This document shows, one piece after another, positions 27,629 to 35,416 of a stretch of 64,000 nt of DNA. Position 1 is the first letter of the stretch. Every line of letters starts with the position of its first letter. The DNA comes from a virus (taxonomy: Duplodnaviria; Caudoviricetes). The stretch is taken from the IMG/VR virus record IMGVR_UViG_3300049144_000052, positions 12,594 through 76,593 of that record, one strand, 5' to 3'. Under the pieces are notes generated by a model. The model ran no database searches, was not told where the DNA came from, and saw nothing but the letters and a program-made list of their open reading frames with translations. A program made the translations under genes and the position numbers.

Positions 27629-27978
27629 TCGTCAACTACACGCCCCACCCGGTTCGGATCTACGCCGACGACCGGCCCGACGGCATCGACGACCTGGAAC
27701 CCAGCCTCCGCCTGGTGATTGAGCCGGAGGACACGCCGGCCCGGCTCAGTATGGTGCCGCTCAGCAGCGACAACCGGGGCGGCATCACGGTCGAGGTCGT
27801 CGAATACGGGCACGCCGTAGGCATCCCGCCTGAGCGGGCGGGCGTGTGGTGCGTCGTCTCCCTGCCAGTCGCGCTCGCGCTGGCCCCCCGCCGGTCCGAC
27901 TTGCTCGTCCCCTACCGCGAAGTCCGTAACGCCTCCGGAACCGTCATCGGCTGCCGCCAACTAGCCCAGCCCATCTGA
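27625..27978 (+). CDS. hypothetical protein inside the lysis cassette
   Basis: ATGA overlap; NYTPHP..VVSLPVA..DLLVP..VRNASG.VIGCR. Confidence 0.65.
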   Translation: MIVNYTPHPVRIYADDRPDGIDDLEPSLRLVIEPEDTPARLSMVPLSSDNRGGITVEVVEYGHAVGIPPERAGVWCVVSLPVALALAPRRSDLLVPYREVRNASGTVIGCRQLAQPI

Positions 27979-27992
27979 GAAACGAGACACCC

Positions 27993-28376
27993 ATGCGCAT
28001 ATTCGGCAGAGAACCCGTCTACATCCTGGCAGCGGTCGCGATCGCCCTGAAGCTGGCCGCCGCCTACGGGCTGGACGTCAGCGGCGACCAACAGGCCCTC
28101 ATCAACACAGTGCTGTCCTGCATCGTCGCCGTCGCATCCGCGGTCGTCCTGCGCAACGGCGCGCTCGGCGCTGCCGTCCTGCAACTCGCGTCCGCCGGCC
28201 TCGCCCTGTTCGTCGGCTTCGGCCTCGACCTGTCCGCAGAGCAGCAGGCCGGATGGATGTCCCTCGTCGCTGCGATCCTCGCGCTCTTCGAGCATCGCGA
28301 GGTCACCGCCCCCGTACCGGCCGTGCCCCTCGAACAGTCCAGCCCCGTCAAGGCATCCCCCGTCCAGGGGGTGTGA
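27993..28376 (+). CDS. holin
   Basis: GREPV N-terminus, several transmembrane segments, follows the endolysin. Confidence 0.75.
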   Translation: MRIFGREPVYILAAVAIALKLAAAYGLDVSGDQQALINTVLSCIVAVASAVVLRNGALGAAVLQLASAGLALFVGFGLDLSAEQQAGWMSLVAAILALFEHREVTAPVPAVPLEQSSPVKASPVQGV

Positions 28377-28826
28377 GTGCATCGCCGGGCGGCCCGCTGG
28401 TTCAGCGGGCACCTCGGTAGCCGCGGCCCTTTCCTCGTCTTCATGGGCATCGGGAAAGTCTGCTTCGGCTTCAGCTTCATCTTCGACCCGCCATGGACGA
28501 CCGAGGGGCTGCAAATGCTGGCCCGCTTCGCCCCCATCCACTGCTGGGCCTGGGTGTGGATCATCTGCGGCGCCGCCACATTCAGCAGCGCCTGGCTGGA
28601 GTTCGCCAGGGACCGCTGGGGCTTCGTCGCCGCCAGCATCCCGCCCGCGATCTGGGCGTTCACCTACGGATGGGCCGGAATCCTCGGCGACTACTCCCGC
28701 GGCCTGTGGCTGTTCGTCTGGTACATCACATCGCACTGTGGGGTGATCTGGTGCGCGTCTCGTGTTCCACCCAGCGCCGGATCGCCTGATCTGCCCGGCC
28801 GGGTGGTTGAGGGGAGACCCGGGTGA
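28377..28826 (+). CDS. multi-pass membrane protein (lysis cassette)
   Basis: About four hydrophobic segments. Confidence 0.65.
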   Translation: MHRRAARWFSGHLGSRGPFLVFMGIGKVCFGFSFIFDPPWTTEGLQMLARFAPIHCWAWVWIICGAATFSSAWLEFARDRWGFVAASIPPAIWAFTYGWAGILGDYSRGLWLFVWYITSHCGVIWCASRVPPSAGSPDLPGRVVEGRPG

Positions 28827-29152
28827 ACGGTGTCTTGGGCCTGGTTGGTGCTGGGGTGACGCTGATCGGTGTGGTCGTGACGGGCTGGTTCACGTACCGC
28901 GGCGGGCGGACCGCAGCGGCGATCCAGGCGGCGCCAGCCGCGAAGGCGCAGGACTTCGCCGTGTTGCAGGCGACGGTGGAGCGCGTCGACGGGGAGAACA
29001 AGGAACTGCGAGGCCGGCAGTCGCGGCTGGAGTCGCTGCTGCGCGCGTTTGCGTGGACGACGGACCGGTGGGCGCGCCAGATGCATCAGGCGGGGATCGA
29101 GCCGGAGCCGCCGCATCCTCTGGTGGACGAGTACAACCGAACTGGAGTGTGA
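28823..29152 (+). CDS. membrane-anchored coiled-coil protein (lysis accessory)
   Basis: N-terminal TM helix followed by a coiled coil. Confidence 0.65.
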   Translation: MNGVLGLVGAGVTLIGVVVTGWFTYRGGRTAAAIQAAPAAKAQDFAVLQATVERVDGENKELRGRQSRLESLLRAFAWTTDRWARQMHQAGIEPEPPHPLVDEYNRTGV

Positions 29153-29156
29153 GCCG

Positions 29157-29456
29157 ATGCTTGATGCCGTCCTGCGTGTCCCGCGCCGAGACGACACCGC
29201 CGCCGACACTGGCAGCCTCGCCCGCATGGGCCGCATCGAAGAACAGCCGGTTCCGACAGCGACCCCCGAGCTGGCGGCGGAATCGCCCGCTGAGACGGCG
29301 CCCCCGGCTGAGCTGGAAAAGGCACTCGCAGGCGCCGGCGTCACCGCAATCTCTGCGGACCACACCGCGATGCAGGCCCTCGGACAGCTTGATGCCGCAA
29401 CGCTCGAAGCTGTCACGCGCTGGGTCCAGTCGAAGCCCGGAAAGGCCAGCAAGTAG
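29157..29456 (+). CDS. hypothetical protein
   Basis: ORF after the lysis genes, GGAG RBS. Confidence 0.55.
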   Translation: MLDAVLRVPRRDDTAADTGSLARMGRIEEQPVPTATPELAAESPAETAPPAELEKALAGAGVTAISADHTAMQALGQLDAATLEAVTRWVQSKPGKASK

Positions 29457-29466
29457 AGGAGGCCGC

Positions 29467-29571
29467 GTGCCCGAAGAGACCCCCGAGACGGAGACACCGT
29501 TCTGGCTGTCGCCGTGGCCGTTCATCGAACCCGACCTGCCACCCGCCGAACCCGGTGACGAACCCGCATGA
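29467..29571 (+). CDS. 34-aa acidic Pro-rich peptide (MPEETPETETPFWLSPWPF..)
   Basis: GAGGAGG RBS; ends right before the terminator. Confidence 0.45.
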   Translation: MPEETPETETPFWLSPWPFIEPDLPPAEPGDEPA

Positions 29572-29573
29572 GT

Positions 29574-29599
29574 AACGCCCCTCCTTCGGGAGGGGCGTT
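29574..29599 (+). terminator. intrinsic terminator ending the late operon
   Basis: AACGCCCCTCC-TTCG-GGAGGGGCGTT, perfect 11-bp stem. Confidence 0.85.
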
Positions 29600-29679
29600 C
29601 CGTCGTGTCTGGTGGGGGAGTTGCGGTATCTGCTGGACGTGTTACCGCTTGATGCGGGTATGGTGGTCACACAACTTCA

Positions 29680-29755
29680 TGCACCTCCCGGTGCGCAGGC
29701 CGCGGCTACTTCTTTGGAAAAGTCCGCCGCACGCCGACTTTGATCTCGGGAGGCA
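29680..29755 (+). ncRNA. short Y RNA-like ncRNA (copy 1, Ro-binding module only)
   Basis: Terminal stem CCTCCCG/CGGGAGG enclosing CCGGTGCGCAGGC (29688-29700) and GCCGACTTTGATCTCGGG (29733-29750), both repeated in copy 2. Confidence 0.7.
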
Positions 29756-29756
29756 C

Positions 29757-29916
29757 AGCATCGGGGGTGCCCGGTGCGCAGGCAGCGGATACTTCTCCTG
29801 CTAAGAGAGAGACGCGGGTTCGAATCCCGTCCACCGGTCCAGCGGGCCGGAGGTAGCTCAGCGGCCCAGAGCGCTTTGTCTCCGCAGCCGACCTTGATCT
29901 CGGGCACCCCACTGCT
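29757..29916 (+). ncRNA. yrlA: YrlA-type Y RNA with a circularly permuted tRNA domain
   Basis: Terminal helix GGGGTGCCCG/CGGGCACCCC; T arm GCGGG-TTCGAAT-CCCGT precedes a closed acceptor stem and the D arm TA-GCTC-AGCGGCCCA-GAGC; directly upstream of a TROVE gene. Confidence 0.85.
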
Positions 29917-29922
29917 GATCCT

Positions 29923-29945
29923 CCCCTCCACGTGAGGGGCTTTTT
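29923..29945 (+). terminator. terminator-like hairpin overlapping the Ro60 Shine-Dalgarno
   Basis: CCCCTC-CACGT-GAGGGG-CTTTTT, then C-ATG. Confidence 0.65.
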
Positions 29946-29946
29946 C

Positions 29947-31584
29947 ATGACCAGATTCAACCAGCGCGGCACCCGTCCCGCCGTCCACTCGCCCGTGACC
30001 ACCACCGGGGAGCGGGCTCGCACCACAGAGGGCGCCACCGGCTTCCTGCGAGACGCAAAGTCCGAGCTCTTCCTGCTCGCCGTCTCCAACTTCGTTGGCC
30101 AGGACGCCTTCTACGAGAAGGGCGGCGACCGCGACGACCGCTACACGCAGCTCGTCCGCAAGCTCGCCATCGAGGACCCTGCGTGGACTGCGGGCCTGCT
30201 GGGCTGGCTCCGCGGCGAGGGCAACATGCGGACTGCGGCCCTCGTCGGTGCTGCGGAGTTCACCGCCGAACGACTCCTGCACGAGGCCCCCGGGTACTCC
30301 CGGCAAGTCATCGACTCCGTGCTTCAGCGCGCCGACGAGCCGGGGGAGATGCTCGGTTACTGGACCAGCAAGTACGGCCGCCGCCTGCCGAAGCCCGTCA
30401 AGCGCGGCATCGCCGACGCCGTACAGCGCCTGTACAACGGCAAATCCCTACTGAAGTACGACACCACCTCAAAGGGCTACCGCTTCGGTGACGTCCTCAA
30501 CCTCGTGCACGCAGCCCCGGACCCGGCCAAGCCATGGCAGGGCGACCTGTTCCAGTACGCCCTCGACCGCCGACACAACCCGACCGAGGCCGTCGAGCCG
30601 CCGACGAACCGAACACTTACCGCACGCCGGGAACTGATGGAGCTCCCGGTCGACGAACGGCGGGCCCTGCTGACAGCCGAGGACTGCTCCGAGCGGCTCG
30701 CGGCGGCTGGCATGACGTGGGAGGCGCTGGCCGGCTGGCTTCAAGGGCCGATGGACAAGGCGGCCTGGGAGGCGGCCATCCCGTCCATGGGCGTAATGGC
30801 CCTTGCGCGGAACCTGCGCAACTTCGACGAGGCTGGCGTCTCCGACGCGGTCGCCGCCCAGATCTGCACCCGCTTCACCGATGCGGAACAGGTCGCCAAG
30901 TCCCGCATGTTCCCCTTCCGCTGGTGGGCCGCCTACAAGCACGCCCCCTCCCTGCGGTGGGCGCACGCCCTGGAGCAGGCACTGAACCACTCGCTGGCCA
31001 ACGTGCCGCAGCTGGCCGGCCGGACGCTGATCCTGGTGGACCGGTCGCCGTCGATGTTCCCCGGCTACGGTTTCTCCACCCCGAACAGCTCGGACATCAC
31101 CCTTGCCGAGCAGGCCGCCGTGTTCGGGTCCGCTCTCGCGCTACGGGCGGAGGCTCCCACGCTCGCCGAGTTCGGATGGACCAGCAACCGCATCGACGTG
31201 CCCAAGGGCGGCAGCGTCCTCAAGCTCATCGAGAACTACGGGCAGATCGACGGCACTGACATCCCGTCTGCGGTAAAGCAGCACTTCGATCTCCTCCGCC
31301 ACGACCGGATTGTCATCGTCACCGACGAACAGACCCGTCCTGGCTGGCTGCCTTCAAACGCCTACGGACACGGCGGCATGCGGGAGACGGCGATCGATGA
31401 CCTCGTTCCAAAGACGGTGCCCGTCTATATGTGGAACATGGCTGGCTACAAGCCCGGCGCCATGCCGTCCGGGACTGCTGGTCGGCACACATTCGGCGGA
31501 CTGACGGACCACGCCTTCCGCATGGTGCCGCTCCTCGAGGCCGGCCGCGACGCGACCTGGCCGTGGATGCAGCAGCCCGCCTGA
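29947..31584 (+). CDS. rsr: Ro60/TROVE-domain RNA-binding protein with C-terminal vWA domain
   Basis: SELFLLAV..FYE, LRGEGNMRT, LLKYD, W.A.IPSMG.MALARNLRN, vWA MIDAS LVDRSPSM..TD..IVTDEQ, YMWNMAGY. Confidence 0.92.
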   Translation: MTRFNQRGTRPAVHSPVTTTGERARTTEGATGFLRDAKSELFLLAVSNFVGQDAFYEKGGDRDDRYTQLVRKLAIEDPAWTAGLLGWLRGEGNMRTAALVGAAEFTAERLLHEAPGYSRQVIDSVLQRADEPGEMLGYWTSKYGRRLPKPVKRGIADAVQRLYNGKSLLKYDTTSKGYRFGDVLNLVHAAPDPAKPWQGDLFQYALDRRHNPTEAVEPPTNRTLTARRELMELPVDERRALLTAEDCSERLAAAGMTWEALAGWLQGPMDKAAWEAAIPSMGVMALARNLRNFDEAGVSDAVAAQICTRFTDAEQVAKSRMFPFRWWAAYKHAPSLRWAHALEQALNHSLANVPQLAGRTLILVDRSPSMFPGYGFSTPNSSDITLAEQAAVFGSALALRAEAPTLAEFGWTSNRIDVPKGGSVLKLIENYGQIDGTDIPSAVKQHFDLLRHDRIVIVTDEQTRPGWLPSNAYGHGGMRETAIDDLVPKTVPVYMWNMAGYKPGAMPSGTAGRHTFGGLTDHAFRMVPLLEAGRDATWPWMQQPA

Positions 31585-31595
31585 CCAAGCGGGAA

Positions 31596-31620
31596 GCCCC
31601 GCTCTCCTTCGGGAGGGGGC
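31596..31620. terminator. terminator between Ro60 and the convergent lipoprotein operon
   Basis: GCCCCGCTCTCC-TTCG-GGAGGGGGC. Confidence 0.75.
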
Positions 31621-31631
31621 GCGTCGTCGTG

Positions 31632-32246
31632 TCAGAACTCCAGCTGCTTCTTCACCTCGGCCACGTTCGGGCCGCTATCCGTTGCGGGCATCTTCCAGCG
31701 GAACGCCTTCTCCTCGCCGTCGATGTAGATCAGCGTTCCGCCCTTCGCCTGCGCGGGCGTCAGATCGAAGACCTGGGCACGCCACTGGTAGGTGCCGGGC
31801 TGCACGGGGTCGGCGTTGTTGTACTTGTCCATGACCACGCCGGACGAGTTGCCGCTGTCGAAGGCAACCATCTCCCCATCAGGCGCCATCCACTTCCACC
31901 CGCCGCCACCGATCGGGGCCGGCTCGTCGGCGGCGACGGCGGTTGTGGCTTTGTCTTTCATTGTGACGACGGCGAACACGCCGTTCTCTGCAGTCTCCCC
32001 GCTGCCTTCCTTCGTGAACACGATCGTGTCCGGTGTGACCTCCAGGACGCCGGTGCCGCCGTCGCCTGTGGTCTTCGCTGAGTCGCCAAGGGCCAGGGTC
32101 TGTGACTCGTCGACTGTCCCGGACTTTTCGACGCGGGTCGGAGCAGCCTCGGGCGCCGAGTCGGCCTTGTCGCTGCTGCCACTACCGCATGCGGTGAGGG
32201 CGGCCAGGAGCAGGGCGGTGGTGACGGCGGTAGCGTGAACGCGCAT
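31632..32246 (-). CDS. secreted lipoprotein
   Basis: Signal peptide with lipobox LLLAALTA-C. Confidence 0.8.
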   Translation of the reverse strand: MRVHATAVTTALLLAALTACGSGSSDKADSAPEAAPTRVEKSGTVDESQTLALGDSAKTTGDGGTGVLEVTPDTIVFTKEGSGETAENGVFAVVTMKDKATTAVAADEPAPIGGGGWKWMAPDGEMVAFDSGNSSGVVMDKYNNADPVQPGTYQWRAQVFDLTPAQAKGGTLIYIDGEEKAFRWKMPATDSGPNVAEVKKQLEF

Positions 32247-32288
32247 TATTCCCCCAAGTGTTGAACGTCGGAAACGGCAGGGCGCCCG

Positions 32289-32933
32289 CTACGGGCAGGA
32301 CTCGCCGAACTTGACCGCAGTGAACGTGACCGGCTGCCCATTCAGTGCTGCTCCCTGAGCGGGGGACTGGCTGCACACCTGCCAGTTACTCTCCACAAGC
32401 ACGAAGCGGTCCTCCGCCGACGCGTCGTTCACGGTGATCGACGTGCTCGAATCCAGCGCACCACGGGCTGCCTTCACCGACTTGCCCTTGAAGTCGGGCA
32501 TCTTGCCTCCTTCTGCCGCCAGTGGCTTCTCGTCCTTCGCTGGGCACGTCTCGTCCAGCTTCACCGCCCCGAAGTCCAGCTTGCTGCCCGTCGAAATCGA
32601 GGAGCCGGCCTTGATGTTCTGGCTGCACACCTGCCAGTTGCGGTCGAACGCCTGCATGCGGTCACGGCCGAGCGCGTCGTGCGAGGTGAGCCCGTAGAAG
32701 CCGAGTTCCTGCGCCTTGTCCTGCGCGGACTGGAGACCCATGCCGACGAAGTCCGGCATGTTCGCCTTCTCTGCGGCAGGCTTGGCGTCGGTCGGCGCAC
32801 TGCTGGTCGGGGCCGCGGGTGTTGACGGGCTTGCGACGCCAGATGGCTTGGCGGTGTCCGTTGGCTGGCAGGCGACGATGCTGACTGTGGCGGCGCAGCA
32901 GAGCAGGGCTGCAGAGATGATGCGGGTACGCAC
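32289..32933 (-). CDS. lipoprotein with two PASTA-like domains
   Basis: Lipobox VSIVA-C; twin repeats MPDFVGMGLQSAQD..NWQVCSQ and MPDFKGKSVKAARG..NWQVCSQ. Confidence 0.8.
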   Translation of the reverse strand: MRTRIISAALLCCAATVSIVACQPTDTAKPSGVASPSTPAAPTSSAPTDAKPAAEKANMPDFVGMGLQSAQDKAQELGFYGLTSHDALGRDRMQAFDRNWQVCSQNIKAGSSISTGSKLDFGAVKLDETCPAKDEKPLAAEGGKMPDFKGKSVKAARGALDSSTSITVNDASAEDRFVLVESNWQVCSQSPAQGAALNGQPVTFTAVKFGESCP

Positions 32934-33073
32934 TGATTCCCCCGAGTGATGTTGGTACAGGCGGAACACGGTAGACGAAATGTGGACGCTGCGTGAACGC
33001 GCGTCACCAGGTCGTGACACGACGACGCCCCTGCTCCTCGCCGTTGCGGCGGGGAGCAGGGGCGTCGTCGTGT

Positions 33074-33736
33074 TCAGGCGAGCTCGCGGGCGCGCTTCTC
33101 CGCGCGGGCAATCAGCTCTCCCTCGCCCTCACAGAGGTCGTCGAGCGTCCGAGTGGACAGCCCGGCGAGGAAGACGCTGGCCTGGGCGGAGGTGTCGCGG
33201 ATGCCGAGCGCCTGGAACAGCATGCCCTGGTCCTCCTTGCTCATGTCGCGGCGGACCAGCGTGTAGATGGCGTCGTTGAACAGGGAGCGATCTGCCTGCT
33301 CCTGAATCCACTTGTCGAGGGTGGGGCGAGAGATACCGAGAGCCTCGGCGATCTCGCTCTTATGGATGCCGCTCTCGCGCGCCTGCTCGATGAGGGTCAG
33401 CTTGTAGGCGCGGCTGATCCGCTCGTGACGGTCCTCCGCCTCGGCGTGCGCCTTCAGCTCCCGCAGCTTGCCCGCCGCTGCCTCCTCCGAGGCGATCTCC
33501 TTGCGCTGCTGGACGGCGCACTCGATCTCCATGGGGATCCAGGCGAGCAGGTCGGCGAAGGAATCCTGGGCGCTCTCGGTGACCTGGGTGCCGTAGTCGG
33601 AGATGTAGCGGTCGGCGATGACGGCGTGGGGGAGGGTGCCGTCGATCAGCTGGTCCAGCTCGTCGGGCGTGACGTAGTCCTGGAGGGTTGGGCCGTCCAT
33701 GTGGATCAGGTCGATGATGCTGGTGAAGCGCTGCAT
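33074..33736 (-). CDS. HTH-containing DNA-binding protein
   Basis: ARESGIHKSEIAEALGISRPTLDKWI; GAGGGGGA RBS. Confidence 0.75.
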   Translation of the reverse strand: MQRFTSIIDLIHMDGPTLQDYVTPDELDQLIDGTLPHAVIADRYISDYGTQVTESAQDSFADLLAWIPMEIECAVQQRKEIASEEAAAGKLRELKAHAEAEDRHERISRAYKLTLIEQARESGIHKSEIAEALGISRPTLDKWIQEQADRSLFNDAIYTLVRRDMSKEDQGMLFQALGIRDTSAQASVFLAGLSTRTLDDLCEGEGELIARAEKRARELA

Positions 33737-33763
33737 GGGATCCCCCTCGGTCGTGCCCTGCTG

Positions 33764-33813
33764 ACGTAAAGAGACTTTACGTTGAACCTGAGGGAGATGT
33801 AAAGCGATTTTAC
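33764..33813. promoter_or_regulatory. two tandem palindromic operators GTAAA-N5-TTTAC
   Basis: ACGTAAAG-AGA-CTTTACGT (33764-33782) and GTAAAGCGATTTTAC (33799-33813), just upstream of the HTH gene. Confidence 0.7.
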
Positions 33814-33935
33814 GTTTCCGGGTGGGTGAGGTGCGTAGGCGTGGCCGTCGGCCGACGACGAACCCGCGCGACACCGCCCCCGCCACCTCACCGCAACAGT
33901 GGCGGGGGAGCGGGGGCGTACTGCTGGGCAGGTGG

Positions 33936-34409
33936 TCAGTCGGTGAGCGTCATCCTGTACTTGCTGCCGTCGTCAGCGGAATGCGCGGTCGCCGCGAAGA
34001 CCCGCACTGCGGGAACTGCTTGGTCCGCGTCGAAGTAGGGAGGTCGACCCGGCGTGAGCGTGAGCCGCGGCGCCGACACCCGGTTGTACGGCAGACCCTC
34101 CCCGCCGAGCGCCGCCTCCAGCGAGAACTCCCGCAGCAGGCCATCAGTTGAATGTGCGCCCAGGGCGTCGCCCACCCGCCGCGCCTCCGCCTCGCAGCGG
34201 TGCACTGCGCTGGCTGCAGACGGCACCAGGTCGACCGTGAACCGGATCTGCGGCGGAGGCCCGACGGTGAGCGGGTCGAGATGCCCGTCGTAGGGGACCG
34301 GGGCCACGAGCAGCCGCAGCTCGATACCCGACGACGGGACCAAGGAGAGTTCGTCGTCGCCGATCGTGAGGCGGATCCAATCGACGGACGGAAGCGCGGC
34401 AGTCGTCAT
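33936..34409 (-). CDS. hypothetical protein (MTTAALPSVDWIRL..)
   Basis: ORF with plausible codon usage. Confidence 0.55.
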   Translation of the reverse strand: MTTAALPSVDWIRLTIGDDELSLVPSSGIELRLLVAPVPYDGHLDPLTVGPPPQIRFTVDLVPSAASAVHRCEAEARRVGDALGAHSTDGLLREFSLEAALGGEGLPYNRVSAPRLTLTPGRPPYFDADQAVPAVRVFAATAHSADDGSKYRMTLTD

Positions 34410-34445
34410 ATGGCGACGGTAGCGCGGGAGTCTCGTTTGCAGGTC

Positions 34446-34652
34446 ATGACCGAACCCTTCTGCTTCTCCTGCGCCGAGGATCTCCTCGGCCCTGCGGCCA
34501 TCGAGACCGCCCGCCGAAACGTGGCGAACGCCCCGCCGGTCAGCCCCGAATTGAGGGCGCAGGTTCGTTCCGTGTTCCAGTCCGCACGCGACAGTCGAAC
34601 GACCATTCCCCGGCGAAGGGCTTGCGGGCACGGGGGGATGGGCGAGAGCTAG
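34446..34652 (+). CDS. hypothetical protein (MTEPFCFSCAEDL..)
   Basis: AGGT upstream; short ORF divergent from the previous gene. Confidence 0.35.
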   Translation: MTEPFCFSCAEDLLGPAAIETARRNVANAPPVSPELRAQVRSVFQSARDSRTTIPRRRACGHGGMGES

Positions 34653-34674
34653 CGCATAACGTTCCCTTATGTGC
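34652..34674. other. dif/lox-like tyrosine recombinase core site
   Basis: GCGCATAA-CGTTCCC-TTATGTGC: imperfect inverted repeat, 7-bp spacer, arms resemble dif (GCGCATAA..TTATG). Confidence 0.4.
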
Positions 34675-35017
34675 CGTCGGGCCTCGACGCAACGAACGGG
34701 GCCGGCCCCAAGCCTGAGCAGCCAGACTCACGAGGCCCGCTGGTGGCCATGAACTCGCTCTCACGGCCGTCAGGCAAGCGCAGGACTCCAGGTGCTGCAT
34801 CGAAGAGGTCAACGTCCGAGACCTCGTCAGCGAGCTTGATGCTTCCGGCCCAAGTGCTGTTGCGGTCAGACTCGCGGTTGTCTGTCCGGCTCGGGTCGAA
34901 GCGCAGCACGAGAGAAGCGGTGACGGGCGCCTCGCGGCCGTCGGGGAAGACCACGACGGCAGGTCCTACGTAGCGTGGGCGCCCGTCGGCGGGGTGAAAG
35001 CGGGGACTTGAAGGCAT
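34667..35017 (-). CDS. hypothetical protein
   Basis: ORF track, 116 aa. Confidence 0.5.
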   Translation of the reverse strand: MPSSPRFHPADGRPRYVGPAVVVFPDGREAPVTASLVLRFDPSRTDNRESDRNSTWAGSIKLADEVSDVDLFDAAPGVLRLPDGRESEFMATSGPRESGCSGLGPAPFVASRPDGT

Positions 35018-35128
35018 GGCGCGATGCTAGCGACTGCCCTTCCAACCACGGTCTACCCGAACCTAGTTGATCAGCTACAGCTCTCGATAACATGCCATAT
35101 CACGGGCGTCAAAACGGTACAATCAGCT

Positions 35129-35416
35129 ATGCCTTCAGACTCCCGTGCCCGCCTCATCGCATACCTCTGCCAAGCCGGGTTGAGCACTGCTCGCGCCAAC
35201 GCTCTCCTCGACGACCACATCGCCGAAGTCATCGGGAAGAAGCGTGAGCCGGTGGCTGCCTGCATTCCGGCGCCTGCTCCTGGGGAGGTCTACGGCATCG
35301 AGGACCCAGGCGCCCTACCGGTGGCTGTTGGGTGCGAGCACTGGCGGCGGGAGCACCGGGCGGACCTCTGCCCCATGGGTGGGTGCCAGCGGTGCCGGTA
35401 CCTGGAGCGGCTGTGA
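35129..35416 (+). CDS. hypothetical protein, possibly leaderless
   Basis: TACAAT -10 box at 35118-35123, 5 nt before the ATG; overlaps the recombinase start. Confidence 0.5.
   Translation: MPSDSRARLIAYLCQAGLSTARANALLDDHIAEVIGKKREPVAACIPAPAPGEVYGIEDPGALPVAVGCEHWRREHRADLCPMGGCQRCRYLERL

Noticed and set aside
29793-29873. Conventional tRNA-Ser(GCT) gene
   Set aside because: The arms are in permuted order (anticodon and T arms before the D arm), the acceptor stem is closed by a loop and has an A:A mismatch, and the unit is embedded in a Y-RNA helix
35086-35101. Second recombinase core site GATA-N8-TATC
   Set aside because: Only 4-bp arms, expected by chance in an AT-richer promoter region
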